Assembly (NCBI GenBank): GCA_021813725.1
Contig: JAKAJN010000001.1
Span: 12,990 to 76,989, forward strand
DNA: 64,000 nucleotides
DNA from: a bacterium
GTDB lineage: Bacteria; Gemmatimonadota; Gemmatimonadetes; Gemmatimonadales; Gemmatimonadaceae
Direction: 5' to 3'
Of the stretch, positions 7,403-15,177 are shown piece by piece. Under the pieces are notes generated by a model that saw only the letters and a program-made list of their open reading frames with translations, searched no databases and had not been told where the DNA came from. How positions within the stretch are numbered: position 1 is the first letter of the stretch; each line of letters begins with the position of its first letter. A program made the translations under genes and the position numbers.

Positions 7403-9259
7403 GTGGTGACCGACGCGCGCGAGACATTCGGGCGGTTCGTGGTCGGGGCGAACAATCGTCTCGCCGCCGCGGCCGCGCGCGCGGTGGCCGAATCGCCGGG
7501 GGCGACGTACAACCCGCTCTTCATCTACGGCGCGCATGGACTGGGGAAGTCGCATCTGCTCGGTGCGGTGGCCGACCTTGCGGCGGGACTCTGGCCGGAG
7601 CTCGAGATACGGCGCGACGACGGCGCGCACTTCGTGGCCGGGCACGCGGCCTCGGTCGCGTCCGGCTCCGCCGAGGGGTTCCTCGCTGCGCACGCCCGCG
7701 CCGGGATGCTGCTGCTCGACGACGTGCACGCGCTCGAGGGGCATCCGTCCGCGCAGCTCGCGCTCGCGGCGCTGATTGACGGACTCGTGAGCGCCGGACG
7801 TCAGGTGGTGCTGGCCGCCGACCGGCTGCCCGCGGGGATCGCCGAGGTCGAGGAAGCGCTGGCGAACACCCTTTCGCAGGGGTTGCTCGTGGATGTCGCC
7901 GCCCCCGACTACGAGACGCGCGCGGCCATCCTGCAACGGATGGCCACGGAGCAGGGGCTCGAGCTTACGAACGACGTGGTGCAGGACCTCGCGGCGCGTG
8001 AGTATCGGGACATCGACGAGCTGCGCGCGGCGCTGGCGCCGATCGCCTCCGGCCAGCGAAAGCCGGCACCCAAACTCGACGCCGGCGAGTTCGAGAGCTT
8101 CCTGAGCGACGTGCAGGTGGTGGTGCAGCAGCACGTGGAGTCGTGGCGCGGCCGGCTCAAGGAAGCCATTGCCTACTGGCAGGCCGAGGGCTTCCGCACC
8201 GGCGTGCTGGAGCGCGCGCTCGACCTGCCCCGCGCTCCCGACGTGGCCGGACTCACCGCCACCTTCACCGCCGCGGTGGAGCACCTGCGCAACCTCGAAC
8301 GGCAGGCGCGTCAGGTGGATCCGTCGCTCGTGGGGCACGCGGTCTTCCGCGATCCGGAGCGCATGGAAGCGGCCGAAGATCTCGTGGAGCGCGCGCTGTC
8401 GGGGGAGGCGCGGGCCAAGGGCCCGAGCCCGGCCTTCGTCCGCGAAGGCTTCGAGGTGGGCGCGTCGAACCAGCTGGCGGTGCACGCCGCCGACGCGGTC
8501 GTTGCGGAGCCGGCGCACCGCTACAACCCGCTCGTGCTCTACGGCCCGAGCGGCGTCGGCAAGACGCACCTCGCCAACGCGATCGGCAACGCCCTGCAGC
8601 TGCGCGGCGACCGGCACGGGGTGGCGTGCGTCAACGCGCAGCAGCTCGTCGATGAACTCATCGAGGCGGTGCATCGCGGCGACGTCGACCGCTGGCGCGC
8701 GCGCTATCGCGCCGCCGGTGCGCTGATCGTGGATGACATTCAATTCCTCGGCGGCAAGGAGCGCACGCAAGAAGAGTTCTTCGGCATCTTCAACACGATG
8801 ATCGAGCACGGGCGACAGGTGGTCGTCACCAGCGACCGCGTGCCGGCGGACATCACCGACCTCGAGGCGCGCCTGCGCTCACGGTTCGAGGGCGGCCTCG
8901 TGGTTCCCATCCAGTCGCCCGACCGCACGCTGCGCGAGCGGCTCTTCGCGCGCTATCTCGCCGACGCCGGCCGCGCCGCTGACGAGGAGGTCCTGCACCT
9001 CCTCGGAGACCACCCGGTGCAGAGTGTGCGCGAGATCATCGGCCTCGTCACGCGCCTGGGAGCCGCGGCGGAGCTGCACGGCGCGGACATCACGGTGGCG
9101 TTCGTGCAGGGCGAGCTGGGCGATGCGGTCGCCGCGGCGGCGCCGCGCGCGCCGCGCATTTCAGCCGCCGTGTCCATCGGCGATCCGTTCCTCGACCACG
9201 AGAAGACCGTCTTCGAGTGGCCGGATGCGGGCGCGCGTCTCATCGAGGAGATGCGCTGA
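7403..9259 (+). CDS. Tandem DnaA-domain-III (Hda-like) AAA+ ATPase lacking DnaA domains I, II and IV
   Basis: Module 1 (about 7424-8041) reads TFGRFVVGANNRLA..YNPLFIYGAHGLGKSHLL..LLLDDVH..VVLAADR. Module 2 (about 8435-9106) reads GFEVGASNQLA..YNPLVLYGPSGVGKTHLA..LIVDDIQF..VVVTSDR..LEARLRSRFEGGLVV..SVREIIG. The GTG start lies 1 nt after the mglA stop. Confidence 0.8.
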   Translation: MVTDARETFGRFVVGANNRLAAAAARAVAESPGATYNPLFIYGAHGLGKSHLLGAVADLAAGLWPELEIRRDDGAHFVAGHAASVASGSAEGFLAAHARAGMLLLDDVHALEGHPSAQLALAALIDGLVSAGRQVVLAADRLPAGIAEVEEALANTLSQGLLVDVAAPDYETRAAILQRMATEQGLELTNDVVQDLAAREYRDIDELRAALAPIASGQRKPAPKLDAGEFESFLSDVQVVVQQHVESWRGRLKEAIAYWQAEGFRTGVLERALDLPRAPDVAGLTATFTAAVEHLRNLERQARQVDPSLVGHAVFRDPERMEAAEDLVERALSGEARAKGPSPAFVREGFEVGASNQLAVHAADAVVAEPAHRYNPLVLYGPSGVGKTHLANAIGNALQLRGDRHGVACVNAQQLVDELIEAVHRGDVDRWRARYRAAGALIVDDIQFLGGKERTQEEFFGIFNTMIEHGRQVVVTSDRVPADITDLEARLRSRFEGGLVVPIQSPDRTLRERLFARYLADAGRAADEEVLHLLGDHPVQSVREIIGLVTRLGAAAELHGADITVAFVQGELGDAVAAAAPRAPRISAAVSIGDPFLDHEKTVFEWPDAGARLIEEMR

Positions 9260-10881
9260 TGGCCATTCGCGGCAGTCTCAAGGAAGCGAGCCTTCCCGAC
9301 GTCCTGCAGCTCCTGTCGATGGGCAAGAAGACCGGCTGCCTGTCGGTCACGCATCGCTCCAACTTCGGGTCGATCTACTTCGACAAGGGCAAGATCTCGT
9401 ACGCCTCGATCGTGAATCGCCGCGACCGCCTCGGCGACATCCTGATGAAGAGCGGCGTGATCACGCAGGTCCAGCTCGAGGAGGGAATCGCCGCCCAGGC
9501 GCACGAGCGCGACAAGCGCCTCGGCGAGATTCTCGTCGATCGCCGCATCATCACGCGCGAGGAGCTGCACCGGCAGATTCGGCTGCAGATCGAGGAGGCG
9601 GTGTTCTTCCTGTTCACCTGGACGCAGGGGACGTTCAACTTCGAGGCCGAGATTCGCCCCGAGGAACAGGACTTCCTCGTCTCCATCAACCCCGAGTCGC
9701 TGCTCCTCGAGGGGGCGCGCCGCGTGGACGAGTGGAGCCTGATCGAGAAGAAGATTCCCGGCTTCGACATCGTCTTCGAGATTGACCGCAAGCGCCTGGC
9801 CGACAGCGGCGTGGCGCTCACGGCGGAACAGGAGGCCGTGGTGCCGCTCATCGACGGGCGACGCGACGTGGCGGCGATCGTGGACGAGACCGGGATGGTC
9901 GAGTTCGAGGTGGGGAAGGCACTCTACGGTCTCGTCACCGCCGGCTTCCTGCACCGCGTCGGCAAGACGACGAAAGTGGCGGAGACGGCCGCCCCGGATG
10001 CGCGCGTGGAAGAGCACCGCAACCTCGGGACGGCATTCTACAAGGCCGGCATGCTGGACGAGAGCGTGCGCGAGTTCCGTCGGGTGCTCGAGCTGCGGAG
10101 CACCGACGTGCAGGCCCGCTTCTACCTCGGGCTCGTGCACATCCGGCAGGGCAAGTTCGCCGACGCGGTGACGGATTACCAGGAGATTGCGTCGGCGCGC
10201 GCCGCCAAACCGGCCGTCTTCCACAACCTCGCGCTGGCGCTCGAGGCGCTCGGCCGCTGGGACGAGGCGCGGCAGGCGCTGCAGGAGGCGGTGAAGCGGG
10301 GCGGTGCGCAGGATGCGCGCGTGCTGATGGGGCTTGGCATTCTGCACCTGCGCGCCGGCGACGCGACTGCCGCCGACGCGGCGCTGATGGAGGCGCGCCC
10401 ACTTTTCACCCAGCGCGCGCCGGGCGCGGTCTGGTTCCACTACGCGGCGCTCGCTGCCGCACTCGGCGGGCACCTCGACAAGGCCATTTCGCTGCTCGGC
10501 GAAGGGACGCAGACGCATCCGCACGCCGCCACGCTGTTCAACAACCTCGCCGTCGCGCTCGAGGCCAAGGGGCGTGCCGACGAGGCGCGGGCGGCCGTGG
10601 AGAACGGCGTGCACGAGGATGCGGGCCTGCCGCAACTGCACAAGAACCTGGGCGACCTGTGCTATCGCGCCGGGCAGCTCGACGATGCGCTCGAGGCCTA
10701 TCTCCGCGCGGTGAAGTTCAATGAGCGGCTCGGACCGGACGTGTGGCGCAAGCTCGGCAACATCCGGTTCAAGCGCGAGGAGAAGGACGAGGCGATCCGC
10801 TGCTGGGAGACGGCCCTGGCCATCGATCCCACCGACGCGCGCCTGCAGGCCAATCTTGAGACGGTGCGGGGGACGCAGTGA
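9259..10881 (+). CDS. PATAN (DUF4388) + double MshEN-type motif + C-terminal TPR protein
   Basis: The N-terminus GSLKEASLPDVLQLLSMGKKTGCLSV is DUF4388-like. It is followed by RLGDILMKSGVITQVQLEEGIAAQ and RLGEILVDRRIITREELHRQIRLQ, and then by TPR repeats. The ATG overlaps the previous stop (TGATG). Confidence 0.75.
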   Translation: MAIRGSLKEASLPDVLQLLSMGKKTGCLSVTHRSNFGSIYFDKGKISYASIVNRRDRLGDILMKSGVITQVQLEEGIAAQAHERDKRLGEILVDRRIITREELHRQIRLQIEEAVFFLFTWTQGTFNFEAEIRPEEQDFLVSINPESLLLEGARRVDEWSLIEKKIPGFDIVFEIDRKRLADSGVALTAEQEAVVPLIDGRRDVAAIVDETGMVEFEVGKALYGLVTAGFLHRVGKTTKVAETAAPDARVEEHRNLGTAFYKAGMLDESVREFRRVLELRSTDVQARFYLGLVHIRQGKFADAVTDYQEIASARAAKPAVFHNLALALEALGRWDEARQALQEAVKRGGAQDARVLMGLGILHLRAGDATAADAALMEARPLFTQRAPGAVWFHYAALAAALGGHLDKAISLLGEGTQTHPHAATLFNNLAVALEAKGRADEARAAVENGVHEDAGLPQLHKNLGDLCYRAGQLDDALEAYLRAVKFNERLGPDVWRKLGNIRFKREEKDEAIRCWETALAIDPTDARLQANLETVRGTQ

Positions 10882-11762
10882 CGGCTCCGAATCTGGAATC
10901 GCTGGCGGCGCAGTTCGCCGCAATCGAGCGGCGGCTCGACGCCGGCGTGGGCGCGGGTGAGCGCGATGCGACGCGCCAGGAGATCATCACCCTGTTCCGC
11001 ACGCTGGAGCAGGGGATCGCCGACCTCACGGAAACGGTGTCGGCCCTCTCGACCCTGAAGGAGGACGTCAAGCGCCTGGTGGACAAGTTCAAGGCGCAGG
11101 GCGCCGAAGCCGCGACCAACCACCCCGAGTTCAGCGGCGAGAAGCCCGTCGTGCACGCCGACCACATCGGCGCCTCGACGTTCATCGAAAAGGGTTGGAG
11201 CCGCCTCTCGCTGGGCGACTACGAGGCAGCGGAGACCGCACTGCATCGCGCGCTTGAGCTCTCGCCGAACGATCCGCAGAGCGAAGCGCTGCTCGGCTGG
11301 GCGCAGATGCTGCAGGAGAAGTACGACGAGGCGCTGATGAACTTCCAGAAGGTGCTGATGCGCCAGCCGTCCAACGCACTCGCGCGCATCAACGTCGGCT
11401 ATATCTGCCTCAAGAAGAAGATCTTCGGCGAGGCCATCGAGCACCTCTCCAAGGCGATTCGCCTCGACAACGACAAGAAGGCGACGCTCTACGCGCACTT
11501 CTACCTCGGCCTCGTCTACCTCGAGCGCGAGATGTTCGAGGATGCGCAGACATTCTTCCGCAAGACACTCGCGCTGGGACCGAACCTCATCGAGGCGTAC
11601 TACGAACTGGGCCGCGCGCACTGGTACAACGGCGAGCGGGACGAGGCGAAGGAGGCGTGGCGCACGGGGCACGCGACCAACAAGTTCAACCCGTGGGGCA
11701 AGCGATGCGCCGAGGTGCTGCAGACGGTGGAGGCGGGCGGCGAGCCGCCGCGCTCGCCGTGA
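10878..11762 (+). CDS. Coiled-coil + TPR protein
   Basis: The GTG overlaps the previous stop (GTGA). The C-terminal 180 aa are TPR-like (YEAAETALHRALELSPNDPQSEALLGWAQ...). Confidence 0.7.
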   Translation: MTAPNLESLAAQFAAIERRLDAGVGAGERDATRQEIITLFRTLEQGIADLTETVSALSTLKEDVKRLVDKFKAQGAEAATNHPEFSGEKPVVHADHIGASTFIEKGWSRLSLGDYEAAETALHRALELSPNDPQSEALLGWAQMLQEKYDEALMNFQKVLMRQPSNALARINVGYICLKKKIFGEAIEHLSKAIRLDNDKKATLYAHFYLGLVYLEREMFEDAQTFFRKTLALGPNLIEAYYELGRAHWYNGERDEAKEAWRTGHATNKFNPWGKRCAEVLQTVEAGGEPPRSP

Positions 11763-12775
11763 TCGATCGGCGGGCGGACGCCGCGCGGTGCTCGCGCCGC
11801 GTTCGCCGCGCGCTCGTCCTGCTGGGCGCGGGCCTGCTCACGAGCGTGGCGATCCCCGCGCGCGCACTCCCGCAGGTGGGGGACGACGGGCTTCGGGTGC
11901 TCGAACGCGGCCGTTTCACCGTTCGCTACGCGCCGACCGACGAGCGGCTGGCCAACGCGCTCGCGGCGTCGGCAGCGGCGCGCGACACCTTTCCGGGCCT
12001 GCCGCGGCCGCGGGTGCACGTCGAAATCTGGGTGGCGCCGGACGACAACACCTTTCGCCAGTGGGCGGGAGACGGTGCACCGGAATGGGGCAACGCCTTT
12101 GCCTTTCCGGTGGAACGGCGCGTCGTGCTGCACGGCCACCGCAGCGGCAAGGGGGGCGACGCCCTCGAGGTGCTGCGGCACGAACTCGCGCATCTCGCGT
12201 TGCACGAGGCGCTCGGCGACATGCCGCCGCGCTGGTTCGACGAAGGGTACGCGTCCTATGCGGCCGGCGAGTGGGGACGAGACGAAGTGCTGGCCACGAA
12301 CTTCGCGCTCGCCATCGCCCTCGGACGCCTCCCGACATTTGCCGGCCTCGATTCAAGCTTTTCGCAGGGCGCCACCACGGCGCAGGCGGCGTACGCCTTC
12401 TCGTTTCGCGCGGTGGCAGAACTCGCTGCCATCGACCGCGCGCGAGGCCTCACGCTCTTCTTCGCGTATTGGCGGCGCGACCGATCGCTCGAAATGGCGA
12501 CGCGCCAGGCGTATGGCTTGACCCTCGGCGGGTTCGAGGAGTACTGGCAGCGGGCGACGCGCCGGCGCTACGGCGGACTCGCGCTGGTCACCGATCTCAG
12601 CCTCGGTGCCATCCTGGTGGTGGCGATGGTCGGTCCGCTGTGGATCATCCGCCGCCGTCGCGATCGGCGACGGCTTGAGGCCATGCGCACGGCCGACGCG
12701 GCACAGGCCGAGCGGGAACGCGCGAGCGCGCTCGCGGCACTCCTCGGTGAACAGGGGGAAGGGCCGCCGGATTAG
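11759..12775 (+). CDS. Predicted exported HExxH zinc metalloprotease (peptidase-MA-like) with a C-terminal TM anchor
   Basis: The GTG at 11759 overlaps the previous stop (GTGA). A signal-like N-terminus (RRALVLLGAGLLTSVAIPARA), the motif HELAHLALHE...WFDEGYASY and a C-terminal hydrophobic helix followed by RRRRDRRR are present. Confidence 0.55.
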   Translation: MIDRRADAARCSRRVRRALVLLGAGLLTSVAIPARALPQVGDDGLRVLERGRFTVRYAPTDERLANALAASAAARDTFPGLPRPRVHVEIWVAPDDNTFRQWAGDGAPEWGNAFAFPVERRVVLHGHRSGKGGDALEVLRHELAHLALHEALGDMPPRWFDEGYASYAAGEWGRDEVLATNFALAIALGRLPTFAGLDSSFSQGATTAQAAYAFSFRAVAELAAIDRARGLTLFFAYWRRDRSLEMATRQAYGLTLGGFEEYWQRATRRRYGGLALVTDLSLGAILVVAMVGPLWIIRRRRDRRRLEAMRTADAAQAERERASALAALLGEQGEGPPD

Positions 12776-12851
12776 GATTCGATTATAGTCCGGGACGCCC
12801 CGGGCGCCGTTCCTTGACAGCATCGCCCAACTGGAATAACCTCAATCGCTT

Positions 12852-13025
12852 ATGGCGAACGCACAGGACCAGCGGGTATCTGGCGCGGTATGGTGGTGGG
12901 GGGCGGCGGTTGTGACGCTTGTCCTCGGCTACGCGGACCTCGCACGCGGGGGCGAAACAATAGCCCCCATCCTGCTCGTGCTGGGCTACTGCGTGTTGGT
13001 GCCGCGGGCGATTCTCGCGCGATAG
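12852..13025 (+). CDS. Possible 57-aa two-helix membrane protein (below the ORF-track size cutoff)
   Basis: The ORF runs from ATG 12852 to TAG 13023-13025 and translates to MANAQDQRVSGAVWWWGAAVVTLVLGYADLARGGETIAPILLVLGYCVLVPRAILAR. A perfect TTGACA lies upstream at 12814-12819. Confidence 0.3.
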   Translation: MANAQDQRVSGAVWWWGAAVVTLVLGYADLARGGETIAPILLVLGYCVLVPRAILAR

Positions 13026-13048
13026 GTTCGGCACTGGCAGGGTGCTTC

Positions 13049-13122
13049 GGGCGAATAGCTCAGTTGGTTAGAGCACCTGCCTTACACGCAGGGAGTCGGG
13101 GGTTCGAGTCCCTCTTCGCCCA
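13049..13122 (+). tRNA. tRNA-Val (anticodon TAC)
   Basis: A cloverleaf was folded by hand. The acceptor stem is GGGCGAA/TTCGCCC and the D stem is GCTC/GAGC. The anticodon stem is CCTGC/GCAGG with loop CTTACAC, and the T arm is GGGGG-TTCGAGT-CCCTC. The discriminator is A and no CCA is encoded. Confidence 0.9.
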
Positions 13123-13192
13123 CTGTTAAGGGACGGCCTCGATGGATCGCGCACCGGCCGTTGCGGGTAGAAGGATTCAACGTTCGGAGGAG

Positions 13193-14950
13193 ATGACTGT
13201 GAAGTCTCGGCTTGGCACCGCTCGTTCGATGGTCGCGGCTACCGTCCTGCTCATTGGCTCTGCCCCCGTGGCGCAGGCCCAAGGAGTCCGGACCCCGAAC
13301 CCGAATGCCCCCCGGCTCGTGGTCGGCACGTTCCGGAGCAGCGACAAGAAGCTCTCCGTGCAGGCGTCGGAGGAGTTGCGCAGCCGGCTGAGCGCGGACA
13401 TTCCGTTCCGCTCGCTGACGGTCATTTCGTCGGCCGACTACAAGCAGGTCGTGGAGCAGTCCGGCTACCCCTACGACGAAGCCCTGACGTCCGGCGACCT
13501 CGCGAGTCTCGCGAAGCTGCTGCGCACGGATGAGTTCCTCGAGGGGATGGTGGAAAAGACCGCCACCGGCTTCCTGATCAACGCCCGGCTCGTGCTGACG
13601 CGCGACGGCGACCTGTCGCAGCCCCTGCCGCCTGCCGAAGGCGACAAGCTCGCGCGCGCCGCGTCCGTGCTGTCGAAGAGCCTGCAGGACGCGCGCAAGC
13701 AGCTCGAGTCGGAGAAGAAGTGCAACATGCTTGGTCGCGAGAACAAGCCGGCCGAAGCGATCACCGCGGCCCGCGCCGGCGTGGCGGCCTATCCGCAGGC
13801 GACGTTGGCCCGCCTTTGCGAGCTGCAGGTGCGCGTCGGCTTCAAGCAGTCGCCGGACTCGATCATTGCGATTGCCCTCGACATCATCAAGGTCGATCCC
13901 AAGAGCAAGATCGCGCTCGGTGCGGCCGCTGATGCCTATAAGGCCAAGGGCGACCAGGACAAGAACACCGAGATGCTGGTCGCGCTGCTCGCGACCGACC
14001 CGACCAATACCCGTCTGCTCGACGACGTGGTCAACGCGCTCGCCTCCGCCGGCAAGTCGGAGATGGCGAAGCCGATTATCGCGCAGGCCATCAAGGACAA
14101 CCCGGGCGACGTGCGGCTGATGAAGCTCGGCTTTCTCATCTACCTCGCCACCAAGGACATTGCCAACGGCACCGCCCTCGGCGAGGAGATGGTGAAGATT
14201 GACACGTCGGCGGCCGACACGACGTTCTTCATCAAGATGATCGGCGCGTACGAGACCGACACCGCCTTCCAGAAGGCGGCGGACGTGGCCGCCCGCGGCG
14301 TGGCGAAGTTCCCGACGAACATCACGCTTCTCTCGGCGCTGGGCTCGGAACAGCTCAAGACCGGGCAGCAGCAGCAGGCCATCGTGACCTTCCGCAAGAT
14401 TCTGGCGATCGACCCGAAGGCGCCGTCGGTCCGGATGCTGATCGCGCGCACGTTCGACGAGCTCAAGATGGCGGACAGTGCGCTGGCGGCGCTGCGCGAC
14501 GCGAAGGCGGCGGCCGAAGACGGCCAGGCGGTCGGCGGCTACGCGCTCAGCATCGGCAATCGGCTCTTCAAGGTGGGCCAGGAAGCGCTGAACAAGGCCC
14601 AGCAGAGCAAGAGCTCCGAGGACTACGCGGCGGCGATCGCCGCCAACGAGCAGGTGTTGCCGTGGGTGATCTTTGCCGACGAGACGGTGACGTCGCCGGA
14701 AAGCAGGAACCAGGCGAAGTTCCTCCGCGGGGTGGCGACGTTCCAGATTTCGGTCGCCGCCGTCAGCGACGCGCCGAAGACGAAGTCGTGCGAGCTCGCG
14801 AAGCTGGCCCAGGAGCATATCGCGGTGGCGCAAGTGAACCTGCCGGCCGGCGGCCGTTTTGCACCTGACGCGGTGTCGCAGCTCATGCCGATCATTCCGC
14901 AGATCATGACAGGCGCCGAGTCGATGGTGAAGGCGTACTGCAAGCCGTAG
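13193..14950 (+). CDS. Secreted helical/TPR-like repeat protein
   Basis: The ATG at 13193 lies a few nt downstream of the Shine-Dalgarno-like sequence GGAGGAG. The signal peptide is SMVAATVLLIGSAPVAQAQG. The protein is Lys/Ala-rich with helical repeats. Confidence 0.7.
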   Translation: MTVKSRLGTARSMVAATVLLIGSAPVAQAQGVRTPNPNAPRLVVGTFRSSDKKLSVQASEELRSRLSADIPFRSLTVISSADYKQVVEQSGYPYDEALTSGDLASLAKLLRTDEFLEGMVEKTATGFLINARLVLTRDGDLSQPLPPAEGDKLARAASVLSKSLQDARKQLESEKKCNMLGRENKPAEAITAARAGVAAYPQATLARLCELQVRVGFKQSPDSIIAIALDIIKVDPKSKIALGAAADAYKAKGDQDKNTEMLVALLATDPTNTRLLDDVVNALASAGKSEMAKPIIAQAIKDNPGDVRLMKLGFLIYLATKDIANGTALGEEMVKIDTSAADTTFFIKMIGAYETDTAFQKAADVAARGVAKFPTNITLLSALGSEQLKTGQQQQAIVTFRKILAIDPKAPSVRMLIARTFDELKMADSALAALRDAKAAAEDGQAVGGYALSIGNRLFKVGQEALNKAQQSKSSEDYAAAIAANEQVLPWVIFADETVTSPESRNQAKFLRGVATFQISVAAVSDAPKTKSCELAKLAQEHIAVAQVNLPAGGRFAPDAVSQLMPIIPQIMTGAESMVKAYCKP

Positions 14951-14953
14951 CGG

Positions 14954-15144
14954 CAGAGCGACAACAGAGAAAAAGCAGAGAGAAAACAGAGAGACAACAG
15001 ACGGGCGGGCGACCTTGAGTTGCTCGTCCGTCTGTTGTCTCTCTGCTTTCTTTCTGTTTTCTCTCTGTTTTCTCTCTGTTTTCTCTCTGTTTTCTCTCTG
15101 TTTTCTCTCTGTTTTCTCTCTGTTGTTTCTCCGTTGTCTCTCTG
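14954..15144. repeat. 11-bp tandem array with an embedded hairpin
   Basis: Four purine-strand copies (CAGAGAGAAAA-like) occupy 14954-14997. An 18-bp perfect stem pairs 14987-15004 with 15028-15045. Ten pyrimidine-strand copies occupy 15035-15144, including six perfect TTTTCTCTCTG units at 15057-15122. Confidence 0.95.
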
Positions 15145-15177
15145 TCGTCAATTCCTTGCTCCCCCGCACCCACTCCC

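Noticed and set aside
7403-9259. Interpreting the DnaA-like gene as the replication initiator and the locus as oriC.
   Set aside because: No domain IV (DNA-binding) or domain I is encoded. No cluster of TTATCCACA-like boxes or AT-rich unwinding element is visible nearby. The gene is embedded in an operon with overlapping stop/start codons rather than next to dnaN/recF.
13049-14950. A tRNA-Val-associated genomic island or prophage remnant downstream of the tRNA.
   Set aside because: There is no integrase, no direct repeat of the tRNA 3' end, and no phage-like genes. Only one secreted repeat protein lies between the tRNA and the dcw cluster.
14954-15144. Possibility that the tandem arrays (here and at 29497, 34467 and 52498) are CRISPR arrays.
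   Set aside because: The units are 7-15 bp and directly abutting, with no unique spacers. No cas genes are present in the window.
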